Below are positions 10,218 through 19,636 of a stretch of 64,000 bases of DNA, piece after piece. How positions within the stretch are numbered: the first letter of the stretch is position 1; every line of letters begins with the position of its first letter. The stretch spans positions 155,189 through 219,188 of IMG/VR virus record IMGVR_UViG_3300033388_007730. The stretch is one strand, 5' to 3'. Under the pieces are notes generated by a model that made no database searches, was not told the DNA's origin, and saw only the letters and a list, made by a program, of their open reading frames with translations. The position numbers were made by a program, and so were the translations under genes.

Positions 10218-11673
10218 AATATCAAAAAAACGGTGGTTTTCTGAGGTAGTTCTGTATAATATGCGGGAGTCTATAATAATTACGAATGTCGATGGAGTAA
10301 TAATTTATGTGAACAAAGCAACAGAAAAATTATTTGGTTATACTGAAAAAGAAATGATAAATCAGAAACCAATAATGGTTAATGCTGAACCTGATGCAGA
10401 GAAAATCCAGGAATCTATTTTAGAGGCTATGCTATGTGATGGGGAATGGAAAGGGCAGTTGCTTAATAGGAAAAAAAATGGTGATTTATTCACAGTTGAA
10501 TTAACAATATGTCTTCTAAAAGATCTATATGATAACTTAGTTGGTTTTATAGGATATCAAAAAGATGTGACAAAAGCACTTAAGGCATCCAAGAAGATAA
10601 AAGAGAGTGAAGAGAAGTTTAGAAAAATTTTTCAAAATTCTCCTATGGGTATGCACTTGTATCAATTAAACATGGATGATGAGTTAGTTTTAATAGACTC
10701 TAATCCTGCTGCTGATGATTTTACAGGTATTAACACTGTTGATTTTATCGGAAAAACTCTCGAAGAAGCTTTTCCAGTTTTAATCGGTACAGAGATTCAT
10801 GAAAGATACAAAATGGCAGCTTCTAAAGGTATCTCTTGGAATACATCTTCTTTTACATACAAAGATGAAAGAATAAATGGTATTTATGATATATGGGCAT
10901 ATCAAATTTCACGTAATCGTGTATTAGTACAGTTTGTTGAAGTAGTTAAGAGAGAACACGTTGAAGAGGAATTAAGAAATAGAAATCAAGAGTTAGAACA
11001 ATTCGCATATGTAGCTTCTCATGACCTACAAGAACCATTGAGAGTAGTATCTAATTATTGTGAGATGTTGAGTGATAAATGCAAAACTTGTCCAAGAAGA
11101 GATAAAGATACTGAAAAGTGGTTGGAATATATAACGGAAGCTATTGATAGAATGAAAAATTTAATAAGGGAGTTATTGGATTTTTCTAGGGTAGGAAGAA
11201 AAGATAAATCATTTGAGAGTTGTAATATAGGAGACATAATAGAAGATGTTAAAGATGATTTCAAGATATTGATAAAAGAGACTGATGCTGTTATAAAAGT
11301 AGAAGAGAACATGCCATCAATAAATTGTATCGAATTCAGAATTAGACAATTATTTTATAATTTGATAAGTAATGCTATAAAATTTAGGGGAAAGAAAAAA
11401 CCGCATATAGATATAAGCTTTTATAAAGAAGATGACGAATATGTATTTTGTGTTAAAGATAATGGGATAGGAATTTCACCAAAATATTTTGATAGAATCT
11501 TTGGAATATTTAAGAGATTGTATTCTAGAGAAGAATATCCTGGTACAGGAATAGGTCTTGCTTTATGTAAGAAAATAGTAGAAACTCATAATGGCAGAAT
11601 ATGGGTTGATTCTAAAGAGAATAAAGGGGCTTCTTTTTATTTTACCCTTTCTACAGTATTAGAAAGTGATTAA
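10207..11673 (+). CDS. PAS-PAS sensor histidine kinase (Cph1-like HisKA/HATPase)
   Basis: PAS (YVNKA.E.LFGY; W.G...NR.KNG), EQFAYVASHDLQEPLR, NLISNAIKF, DNGIGI, GTGIGLALCKKIVE.HNG. Confidence 0.93.
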   Translation: MKNKISKKRWFSEVVLYNMRESIIITNVDGVIIYVNKATEKLFGYTEKEMINQKPIMVNAEPDAEKIQESILEAMLCDGEWKGQLLNRKKNGDLFTVELTICLLKDLYDNLVGFIGYQKDVTKALKASKKIKESEEKFRKIFQNSPMGMHLYQLNMDDELVLIDSNPAADDFTGINTVDFIGKTLEEAFPVLIGTEIHERYKMAASKGISWNTSSFTYKDERINGIYDIWAYQISRNRVLVQFVEVVKREHVEEELRNRNQELEQFAYVASHDLQEPLRVVSNYCEMLSDKCKTCPRRDKDTEKWLEYITEAIDRMKNLIRELLDFSRVGRKDKSFESCNIGDIIEDVKDDFKILIKETDAVIKVEENMPSINCIEFRIRQLFYNLISNAIKFRGKKKPHIDISFYKEDDEYVFCVKDNGIGISPKYFDRIFGIFKRLYSREEYPGTGIGLALCKKIVETHNGRIWVDSKENKGASFYFTLSTVLESD

Positions 11674-11691
11674 AAAATATTATTTTTTTCT

Positions 11692-11719
11692 TTGAAAGTG
11701 ATTATGAATATGGTATATT
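11692..11719 (+). promoter_or_regulatory. Sigma70-like promoter TTGAAA-N16-TATATT
   Basis: Same TTGAAAGTGA start as promoters at 29860, 46827, 55116. Confidence 0.55.
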
Positions 11720-11746
11720 AAAGATTAATTGCTTATTTTATCGATA

Positions 11747-11805
11747 AGTTTAGTAGTGTAGAGTAGAGTTTAGTAAAGCAAAGTTTAGTAAAGTTTAGAG
11801 TTTAG
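11747..11805 (+). repeat. Five AGTTTAG direct repeats in 5' leader
   Basis: Copies at 11747, 11767, 11782, 11792, 11799; last overlaps the GGAG RBS. Confidence 0.8.
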
Positions 11806-11815
11806 GAGATTCAAA

Positions 11816-12685
11816 ATGAGTTATGATCAAAAGATCAAGTCCGCGCGTCAAATCGTAGAAACCCACAATGAGAACGTAGATAATTTACATCAAGTGAATT
11901 TCGATCTGTTCATCGCGACATTGAAAGAAATGGGTGGCACTTCCGAAGAAACCCTTAAAGCTTGTAGCTGGGAAGACTTGCAGGAATGTGGAGTTCCAAA
12001 ACTTCTTGCAAGAAAATTCGCACATCTTTTCAGACAAGATAGCGACAAGGGTTTAACAAAGTCTGTTTATGTTTCTGATAAGAAAGCTAAGTCAATGACT
12101 ATCAGTGAATTATTGGAAAGATATAATCCAAGAGATATTAAAAATGCTGTTGGAAAAAGATTGGTAGATGTTTCTGATGGTAAGAGATGTATTGTTTTTG
12201 GTGACAATGGTAAAGTTAATGTAGCTGTTTCAGAAGGTCTTATCAATGATTCAATTGATGGTCACGATGAATTGACAAGTACATTCATCGATGGTATTCC
12301 AACTCCTGTTTACAAAGTTGGAGAACGTCCTGATTGTTACACTGATGAAAATCCACTTTATCCTACAAGAGCATTAAGGTCTGGTGAGAACTGTGATCAG
12401 ACTGGTCGCTCTTGGGATGGTATAGCTGTTGTTGTTCGTCAACTTCTTTATATAGCCAGGTCGCGAACAAATGAGTTGAAGATTAATTCTCTCGACGATG
12501 CTCATTCTGCTTTTGATAAAGCAGTGAGTGATAATGCTGAAAAGACAATCCGTCAGAGATATCCAAAAGCTTCATTGAAGTATGATGAATTATCATCAAT
12601 TGGCAAACTTCCTGTCTTAAAGTTGAAGATTGGCAAAGAGTGTAGTCAAGCGAATGCACCTTTTGGTAAAAACAGAACTTTTTAA
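11816..12685 (+). CDS. Hypothetical protein (SAM/HhH-like N-terminal segment)
   Basis: Strong RBS; LK..SWEDLQECGVP..LAR. Confidence 0.7.
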   Translation: MSYDQKIKSARQIVETHNENVDNLHQVNFDLFIATLKEMGGTSEETLKACSWEDLQECGVPKLLARKFAHLFRQDSDKGLTKSVYVSDKKAKSMTISELLERYNPRDIKNAVGKRLVDVSDGKRCIVFGDNGKVNVAVSEGLINDSIDGHDELTSTFIDGIPTPVYKVGERPDCYTDENPLYPTRALRSGENCDQTGRSWDGIAVVVRQLLYIARSRTNELKINSLDDAHSAFDKAVSDNAEKTIRQRYPKASLKYDELSSIGKLPVLKLKIGKECSQANAPFGKNRTF

Positions 12686-12698
12686 TGATATTAACTGT

Positions 12699-12730
12699 AG
12701 AGTAGGCGGAGAAAATCCGTCTACTCTTTA
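12699..12730 (+). terminator. Intercistronic stem-loop
   Basis: agagtaggcgga/tccgtctactct followed by tt. Confidence 0.55.
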
Positions 12731-12747
12731 TCTTTGGAGAAAACAAA

Positions 12748-13950
12748 ATGAGCACAATAATGTCAGTAAATAATTTAGAAATGGATTTGCGTATTGCCCC
12801 CAAGTTGAGTAAAGTTACAGATGCAGCTGGAGAAGAGGTTGCTCAAGGATTACCATTTGGAGTACAAACAAAGGTAAATGCTGTTGATGAGTATCCTGGT
12901 TGTCCTGATAATTGGATGAATGGCTCAAATATAGTTAGTAGCTATTTCCTTGGAGTGGAAGAAGAAAAAGGTATGTGGTTAAATTTTAATACTTGTACTT
13001 CTCACACTCACGATGTAGCAGTAATTGTCAGTGTTCAGGGTATCAATCCTGTAACTGGTCAAAAGATGGTTGGGGAAAATTCTTTGAGGCTAGAGAAGTA
13101 TCAGAGTAAATGTCCTATTCATGATATTGATTTTAAGCAGGACAGGTTCTGTGAAGAGTGTGGATACAAATGGCCTGCCCAGAATTATATAGCTACTACT
13201 GGGACTCCGTGGGGATTATTCTGGTTAGATGGATTTAGAAACTCAGATGGAGTTGTGAGACAATATATCTTTACAGAAGAAGAGATAAAAGGAGTTGCTT
13301 CTCAGATGATAGGAGATGATAGGGTATTCGCTATTGGAATTGCTTTTTATCTTAGTAAGGAACCTAAGCCTGTACCAGAGAGAAGAAGCATGATGAGAAG
13401 CATAATGAGAAGCAGTGATCCTTGTGGGCAGAGTATCAGCAACTATGCAGGTTCTCCACCAGCATATATGGGGTATATAGATGAATCTAATTTAACCCAA
13501 AAATGTTCAAAAATTGGTAGTCAAGTACCTGCAGTAAATTTTAGTTGTTCTGTCGGTGCTAGTGCTAATGATGATTTAGAACCCGTCGCTGGTAATCTTT
13601 GTTCTCTTCAAGGAGTTATTACTCCAGATGCTGCTGTTGAAGAACAAACAGCTGGAGATATCATAACTTCTAATCTTTATACTACTAATATAGATGTTGT
13701 TGAAGAAGTAGTAGCAGATGAATCAGTTGAACCTGTGATCCCTGTTAAGAAGTTAGAGGTTGGTGCTGGAGCAATGATTAATCAAAAGATTTATGTTGAT
13801 ACCAAAGAGATGGATCATTGGGAAGATAAACCTGCTGGAATGATTTATATGAATTACTGTGATAAAGAAATTTTGAAAAACATTTTGGCAAAAGGTAGAA
13901 GGAAAGAGAAAAAAGAAGGGTTCATGGAAGAGATTAAAGTTGGTAGTTAA
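12748..13950 (+). CDS. Uncharacterised conserved-looking protein with inserted zinc ribbon
   Basis: MWLNF, GINPVTG, CPIH..CEEC, QNY..WLDG..GVVRQ, GAGA.I.Q.IY.D. Confidence 0.65.
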   Translation: MSTIMSVNNLEMDLRIAPKLSKVTDAAGEEVAQGLPFGVQTKVNAVDEYPGCPDNWMNGSNIVSSYFLGVEEEKGMWLNFNTCTSHTHDVAVIVSVQGINPVTGQKMVGENSLRLEKYQSKCPIHDIDFKQDRFCEECGYKWPAQNYIATTGTPWGLFWLDGFRNSDGVVRQYIFTEEEIKGVASQMIGDDRVFAIGIAFYLSKEPKPVPERRSMMRSIMRSSDPCGQSISNYAGSPPAYMGYIDESNLTQKCSKIGSQVPAVNFSCSVGASANDDLEPVAGNLCSLQGVITPDAAVEEQTAGDIITSNLYTTNIDVVEEVVADESVEPVIPVKKLEVGAGAMINQKIYVDTKEMDHWEDKPAGMIYMNYCDKEILKNILAKGRRKEKKEGFMEEIKVGS

Positions 13951-13955
13951 TTATA

Positions 13956-13997
13956 ATATCCCCCAACATTCATTGTGATATTGGGGGATATTTTTTT
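13956..13997. terminator. Bidirectional terminator between convergent genes
   Basis: atatcccccaa/ttgggggatat stem plus T run. Confidence 0.75.
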
Positions 13998-14409
13998 ATA
14001 TAGCTTTAAGTGTTTTTACTCTTTTTCTGCCATAAGTGGCACATCTTATGGCTCTTGTTAAGTCTTCATGTTTAACTTCATCTTTGATAAGGAAATCTTT
14101 TATTCCTAATGAGAATGCTTTTATTCCTAGACTATAATCTTCTAATCCGGTAAGAATTATTATAGGTATTTTTTTATTTTTTTGTTCTAAGAATTTATTA
14201 ACTTCATTAATAGTATCTAATCCGTCTGTTTCAGGAAGGACTAAATCTAATATAATAACATCATATTCATTTTTTCCCAATTTTTCTAATGCTGCTTTTA
14301 AACAATCGCTTTCATCAGCAGTCATATCTGGAATTAGATTGGTTTGATTAATCCTTGTTATTGCTATATCTCTGTCTTCTTTACTATCATCTATAACTAG
14401 TACTTTCAT
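13996..14409 (-). CDS. Single-domain response regulator receiver
   Basis: VLVIDD, IILDL.LP..DG, IIILTG, DFLIK. Confidence 0.9.
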   Translation of the reverse strand: MKVLVIDDSKEDRDIAITRINQTNLIPDMTADESDCLKAALEKLGKNEYDVIILDLVLPETDGLDTINEVNKFLEQKNKKIPIIILTGLEDYSLGIKAFSLGIKDFLIKDEVKHEDLTRAIRCATYGRKRVKTLKAI

Positions 14410-14419
14410 TTTACTCTCA

Positions 14420-14893
14420 CTATTTTATGTTGTCATTTTTTATGATATATAAATTTCCAGCGTTTGGGAGAACGGATGTTTTAAGCCAATACTCACCCAT
14501 AGTTGCTATTTTTTCAAATAAGTTTTTAGTGCTAAAACTTTTTACTATGTATGAATTAGCATAAGCATCATATGATTTTTGGATATCTTCTTCTTCGCTA
14601 GAGTTACTGAACATTATAACTGGAATTACTTTATATTTTTTATCATTTTTTATTTTTTTTAATAGTTCATAACCGCCTATTTTTGGGAGATTTATATCTA
14701 GTATTATAAGATCAGGGGTTTTTGCTTCTTTAAATTTATTTTTCTTAAATATGTATTCTAGGGCAGTTTGTCCATTTGAAATGTTAGTTATCTCTAATTT
14801 TATATCAGGGATTCTGTGGAGAGCAGTATCTAATAAGGTGAAATCTGGCTCGTTATCTTCTATAGAAAGTATATTAAATGTAGTGTCTGTCAT
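14420..14893 (-). CDS. Rcp1-like response regulator receiver
   Basis: IEDN, PDLIILDINLPKIGG, IPVIMFSNS...DI..SY...ANSYIVK. Confidence 0.9.
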   Translation of the reverse strand: MTDTTFNILSIEDNEPDFTLLDTALHRIPDIKLEITNISNGQTALEYIFKKNKFKEAKTPDLIILDINLPKIGGYELLKKIKNDKKYKVIPVIMFSNSSEEEDIQKSYDAYANSYIVKSFSTKNLFEKIATMGEYWLKTSVLPNAGNLYIIKNDNIK

Positions 14894-15038
14894 TGTTTAT
14901 CCTTTATAGACGCAAAAAAAATAGCATTATATATATATATTATGAATTTATTTTCTATTTCCTTTGTGGAAAAGTGAAAAATAATATGGTAAAATAGCGG
15001 TATGATTGTAAAAAGAGATTATTTTTGGAGAAAAGTAG

Positions 15039-15929
15039 ATGAAAGATGTTATTTTTGAGAAGTATGGGGCTTATGAGCCACAAATTGAATGTTTAGATAT
15101 GGGATTTGTAAAACTGTTAGATTGTATGCCAAGAGTATTGAGAGAAGAGGAAGATACTGCTGATTATGCGATAGGAGAAGCAGCCAGGCAAAGTTATAAA
15201 AGAGAGACAAAGACAGTAGCAGATGATAAGACACTAATAAGATATTTAATGAGGCATACTCACACAAGCCCATTGGAGATGATAGAGTTTAAGTTCCATT
15301 GTAAATTACCTATTTTTGTGGCGAGAGAAATGATACGTCATAGAACTGCTAATGTGAATGAGCTTAGTGGTAGATATTCTGAGATGCCAGAAGAATATTA
15401 TATTCCAGGGGAGCTTAGAGTACAATCTTTAATAAATACACAAGGCTCTGAAGGATCTATTAGTGAAGGTTCAGTAGAGATGACAAAGGGTTTTATGAGA
15501 TTACAATCTCAAGATGCTTTTAAATTCTATTATAGACTATTAGAGCAAGGTGTGGCAAGAGAACAGGCAAGAATAGTTTTGCCTCTTTCAACTTATACTG
15601 AGTGGTACTGGAAGATTGATTTACACAATTTACTTCATTTCCTTAATTTAAGATGTGATCACCATGCTCAACAGGAGATTAGAGTTTATGCTGATGCTAT
15701 TCTGGATCTAATTAAGCCTATAGTTCCTTGGACTGTATCAGCCTGGGAAGATTATAGTCCTTATCGCGGTGGAATGATATTAACCAGATTTGAGGTAGAG
15801 GCTATAAGGAAAAGGTGCTATAATACTAATACCATCGTTTCGGATATTGAGTCTTCAAATAAATTAGAACAGAGGGAATGGCAAGAAAAGGCTAAAAGAC
15901 TGGGATTGGATGATAATAGTCATCCATAG
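15039..15929 (+). CDS. thyX: FAD-dependent thymidylate synthase
   Basis: HTSPLE, RHRTANVNELSGRY, AREQAR.VLP, AQQEIR. Confidence 0.95.
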   Translation: MKDVIFEKYGAYEPQIECLDMGFVKLLDCMPRVLREEEDTADYAIGEAARQSYKRETKTVADDKTLIRYLMRHTHTSPLEMIEFKFHCKLPIFVAREMIRHRTANVNELSGRYSEMPEEYYIPGELRVQSLINTQGSEGSISEGSVEMTKGFMRLQSQDAFKFYYRLLEQGVAREQARIVLPLSTYTEWYWKIDLHNLLHFLNLRCDHHAQQEIRVYADAILDLIKPIVPWTVSAWEDYSPYRGGMILTRFEVEAIRKRCYNTNTIVSDIESSNKLEQREWQEKAKRLGLDDNSHP

Positions 15930-15944
15930 TAAAGGCATAGTTAT

Positions 15945-17033
15945 ATGAAAATATTAGATTTTTCTAATAGTCGTAGAAGTTTTTTAATGTCCAAAAGAAT
16001 GCCTGCTAAAGATTATTTTTTCTTTTTAAACGGAGAGAAAATGAATTTTTTTAGAGAAAGGGAATCTCATGTTGAAGATATTAAATATTTTTGTCCAGAA
16101 ATCCTTAAGAACAAAATAAATACAATGAATGAAATAGAGAGACATTCTGATGCTGATATTTTGTTATTAAACGATATGACAATTATAAATAAAAAACATA
16201 GTAATGATATAGTTAATTTTTTAAATAAATTTAAAGGCAAAATAGTTGCTATAGGTTATTCTTGGGATTTTGTTATTGATTGCCCTCAAAATAATAATCA
16301 ACTAAAAAGAGAAATCGATGCTCTAGCCGTAGCTGGTCCATCTTCTTTATGTAAAGTGCAAGCATTTCCTTATAGCCAATCAGAATTAGATGTTCTGCAT
16401 AGAGATGTCAACAATGTTTTTGTAAATAAAAATGATGTTATAAAAAAATATAAATTGCCTAGTAATAAAAAATATGTATTAATAACAGTTGCATTTCAGA
16501 GAGAACATGAAAATTATCTTAAAGATCTTAGACTATTTGAAAAAAAAATAGTGAAATTCATTAAATATATAAAAAATTATGATAACATTTATACTATATG
16601 GAAGATAAAAGAAAAACAAAAAGATTTTGTTAAAATTGTAAAAATTATTTTAAAAAGTCAAAAATTTGATAATTTTTTTGTATTCTCAAATGTTTACGAT
16701 GACGGGTATGAAAGGTGGCATCGTCGTTTTATTTCTCCAATTAATGAATTATCTTCTGTGATATCTTGTCATATTAATTTATCTTCAATATCTTTTTCAC
16801 ATATAGAAATAGCAGTTGCTGGCATACCAACTTATTCTTTTAATGGAGATAATGTTGAAATGCCTTATAATCCAGAATGTATTAAAGACATGTTTAATAC
16901 ATTTTGGGATAAAAAGTCTATTAGCAATTGTTATGGAAATAAAGATATTTGTATAGATAGGTCTTTAATAATGCCTATTATTGATAGAAATTTTTTCACT
17001 GACAACCTAATAAAAAATCTATTGACATTATAG
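15945..17033 (+). CDS. Hypothetical protein, possibly GT-B fold glycan-modifying enzyme
   Basis: Very AT-rich; S..HIEIAVAGIP resembles GT-B C-terminal motif. Confidence 0.45.
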   Translation: MKILDFSNSRRSFLMSKRMPAKDYFFFLNGEKMNFFRERESHVEDIKYFCPEILKNKINTMNEIERHSDADILLLNDMTIINKKHSNDIVNFLNKFKGKIVAIGYSWDFVIDCPQNNNQLKREIDALAVAGPSSLCKVQAFPYSQSELDVLHRDVNNVFVNKNDVIKKYKLPSNKKYVLITVAFQREHENYLKDLRLFEKKIVKFIKYIKNYDNIYTIWKIKEKQKDFVKIVKIILKSQKFDNFFVFSNVYDDGYERWHRRFISPINELSSVISCHINLSSISFSHIEIAVAGIPTYSFNGDNVEMPYNPECIKDMFNTFWDKKSISNCYGNKDICIDRSLIMPIIDRNFFTDNLIKNLLTL

Positions 17034-17049
17034 AAATATGTGGTATAAT
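17022..17049 (+). promoter_or_regulatory. Sigma70-type promoter TTGACA-N16-TATAAT with extended TG
   Basis: Perfect hexamers; ATG 7 nt downstream suggests a leaderless transcript. Confidence 0.75.
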
Positions 17050-17056
17050 ATCTGAT

Positions 17057-17383
17057 ATGAGTGATACGTATGGAATAAATGAAGGAATATCTCGTTTTGA
17101 GATAATGGATCTCTGGACTGATGAAGAAAGAGAAAAATTAGAGTCAGATAGAGAAGAAAAAAGAGAAAAGTTACAATCAGACAGAGAAGAAGCAGGTTGT
17201 TGCGAGTATTGTGGATCTAAAAATAACCCACATTGGGTTCCATCTATGACGAGATATCATTGGGATAAGTACAAAAAATTGGAAGATCCTAACAGAGACT
17301 TATTTTATTGTGATGAGTGTGAAGAGTATCATATGGAGTATTGGAATAACATGTGGGAAGAGTATAGTGCTTCGAGGTGGTGA
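17057..17383 (+). CDS. Zinc-ribbon hypothetical protein with RFEIMDL motif near N-terminus
   Basis: CEYC..CDEC. Confidence 0.7.
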   Translation: MSDTYGINEGISRFEIMDLWTDEEREKLESDREEKREKLQSDREEAGCCEYCGSKNNPHWVPSMTRYHWDKYKKLEDPNRDLFYCDECEEYHMEYWNNMWEEYSASRW

Positions 17384-17384
17384 A

Positions 17385-17680
17385 ATGGATAAAATAATAG
17401 TTGTACATGATAAAAATTCAGAATATGATGCATCACCGTTTCATGATGTTCCATATGAGAAATTAAATTTTTCTGTTAAAATTAATGCTCATTTGATAGT
17501 ATATGTTTCTGAACAGAATCAAGAAGTGACTATAATTAAAAATAGATGGGGATCGAATGATGATCCTAAGATAATTAGTTTTTTGAAAATTTTTACGAGA
17601 TAGAAAATTCTCCTCCGATTGAAGAAGAGATAGAACCAGAAATTCCAGTTAATAGATTTGAGATGATGGATTTTGAATGA
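17385..17680 (+). CDS. Hypothetical protein; zero frame stops at 17603, -1 frame from T6 at 17579-17584 extends to ...NRFEMMDFE
   Basis: GAGGTG RBS; extension stop overlaps next ATG (ATGA). Confidence 0.55.
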
Positions 17681-18039
17681 GTAAACATAATGAACAATTT
17701 AGATTTGATATAATAGATTTTGGAGATGATATAGAAAATGCTTATCAGGCAAAATTAGAGAGAGAAGAGAAAAAGAGAGTAGAGAAAGTTGTTAGATTAG
17801 CAACGGATTGTAAACGCAAGGTAGAAGAAAAAGGAGTTTGTGAGGGTTGTGGCGGGAAAGAGAAATTGAGATGGGTTTGTAACGAAGAAGCCTACTTATG
17901 TTATGATTGTTATTATAAAGGTATGCGACAGTGGGAAGATCTTTGTTGCTCTCATGGTCGTAGCGCCGAAGATATTCCTGGTTTTATATATGATGATGAA
18001 TGGGAGTATCTTTGGGAAAAAGAGCAAAAAAAAACTTAA
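17677..18039 (+). CDS. Zinc-ribbon hypothetical protein with RFDIIDF motif near N-terminus
   Basis: CEGC..CYDC; same layout as 17057 ORF. Confidence 0.7.
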   Translation: MSKHNEQFRFDIIDFGDDIENAYQAKLEREEKKRVEKVVRLATDCKRKVEEKGVCEGCGGKEKLRWVCNEEAYLCYDCYYKGMRQWEDLCCSHGRSAEDIPGFIYDDEWEYLWEKEQKKT

Positions 18040-18092
18040 AAAGAGTTAAGTATACTTGACGCATTTGAAGTATTTGAAAAGGATCTAGGAAT

Positions 18093-18323
18093 ATGAGTAA
18101 AATAGAAGAAATAGAAAAAGAGAATGTAGCTTTAAGAGGATGTATAGATTCTGCTTTAATGACATTAGCAGATTATGATGGATACAGAGAAGCAGAAGGT
18201 TTGATGGGACTTATAGATGATGTTGTTGAGACTTTACAATCTGGTTGTTCAAATAGAATAGTAGATTTTGAGAGCAGGAAAGTTTGTCCTTTGTGTTTTC
18301 AAAGATTAAAGAAAGAAGAGTAA
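18093..18323 (+). CDS. Hypothetical protein
   Basis: AGGA RBS; abuts next gene. Confidence 0.6.
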   Translation: MSKIEEIEKENVALRGCIDSALMTLADYDGYREAEGLMGLIDDVVETLQSGCSNRIVDFESRKVCPLCFQRLKKEE

Positions 18324-18324
18324 A

Positions 18325-19371
18325 ATGTTACTTACAAGAGAACAATTTAGAAATGGAGTACTTGAGAGAGATAACAATCAGTGTGTTATCTGCGGAAGCT
18401 CTACAGATCTTGTGGCACATCACATTATGGAGAGAAGATTATTTGAAGATGGTGGATACTACATTTCAAATGGTAGCACACTCTGCGAAGAACATCATAT
18501 TCTTGCTGAGCAAACTGTTTTGTCTTGTGAAGAGATTAGAGAAGCAGCAGGAATTACAGATATTGTTTTACCTCCTCATCTGTATCAAGATACTAAGTAT
18601 GAAAAATGGAGTAACATCATACTCTCTGATGGTCGTAGGTTAAAAGGTGAGTTGTTCTTTGATGAGTCTGTTCAGAAGATACTTAAAGCAGGCGATGTAT
18701 TAAAGCATTTTTGCAAATATGTCAAATATCCAAGAACCTGGCATCTCTCACACAGTCATAAGGTTCATCGTAATGATATGCAGTTAGATTCTAATAAACA
18801 GTTTAATGGCAAGAAAGTAGTAGTCACTATTAAGATGGATGGTGAAAACACCACAATGTATAATAACTATCTTCATGCTCGTTCAGTTGATAGTGCTAAT
18901 CACCCTACAAGAGGTTGGGTTAAAAGAATACATGCTGAGATGGGATGGAATATTCCTGAAGGTTGGAGAGTCTGTGCTGAGAATATGTATGCTAAACACA
19001 CTGTTGAATATGAGAACCTTGAATCTTATCTTCTTGTTTTTTCTATATGGAATGAAAAGAATGAGTGTTTGTCATGGGATGATACTATTGAATGGGCAGA
19101 ACTGTTAGAACTTTCTATGACTCCTGTTCTTTATGTGGGAGAATGGGATGAAAAAAAGATTCATTCTTTATGCCCAAAAGAATATAATGGAGATAAAGTT
19201 GAAGGATATGTGGTCCGTTTATTTGAATCTTTTACATATGGGGATTTCAGAAAATCAGTAGCCAAATATGTGAAGCCAGAATTTGCAGATCAACTCGGAA
19301 CTGGGAGCAGCCACTGGAAGTATAAAAAGATAATTCCCAACAAATTACAAAAGAAAGTTGTTGAAAAGTGA
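18325..19371 (+). CDS. HNH domain fused to ATP-dependent RNA ligase
   Basis: RD...C..C...AHH....NG.TLC..HH, then KYPRT.HL, KMDGEN, EGYVVR, AKYV. Confidence 0.85.
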   Translation: MLLTREQFRNGVLERDNNQCVICGSSTDLVAHHIMERRLFEDGGYYISNGSTLCEEHHILAEQTVLSCEEIREAAGITDIVLPPHLYQDTKYEKWSNIILSDGRRLKGELFFDESVQKILKAGDVLKHFCKYVKYPRTWHLSHSHKVHRNDMQLDSNKQFNGKKVVVTIKMDGENTTMYNNYLHARSVDSANHPTRGWVKRIHAEMGWNIPEGWRVCAENMYAKHTVEYENLESYLLVFSIWNEKNECLSWDDTIEWAELLELSMTPVLYVGEWDEKKIHSLCPKEYNGDKVEGYVVRLFESFTYGDFRKSVAKYVKPEFADQLGTGSSHWKYKKIIPNKLQKKVVEK

Positions 19372-19625
19372 TTAAAGCTATGTTAGAATTAGAGCTAGTG
19401 TATCCTTATAACAGGTCAATGGGTACTTTAGCTGACTTTTGTGGTTTATGGGATTGTGGCATACTTGGTGGCGGGACTAATAGTGTAAAAGCTTTAATAT
19501 CCATGCCTTCTTTTCATTTTAAAAAGATATTTGGTACAAATCCAAGAGTTGGAAATTATGGTATCCCTAGTGGAATGGAAAAATTTATAGCAGGTGTGAA
19601 AGTTAAAGAAATAATAACAATTTAA
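19368..19625 (+). CDS. Hypothetical protein
   Basis: GTGA overlap with upstream stop. Confidence 0.55.
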   Translation: MIKAMLELELVYPYNRSMGTLADFCGLWDCGILGGGTNSVKALISMPSFHFKKIFGTNPRVGNYGIPSGMEKFIAGVKVKEIITI

Positions 19626-19636
19626 GAGAGAAAGAA

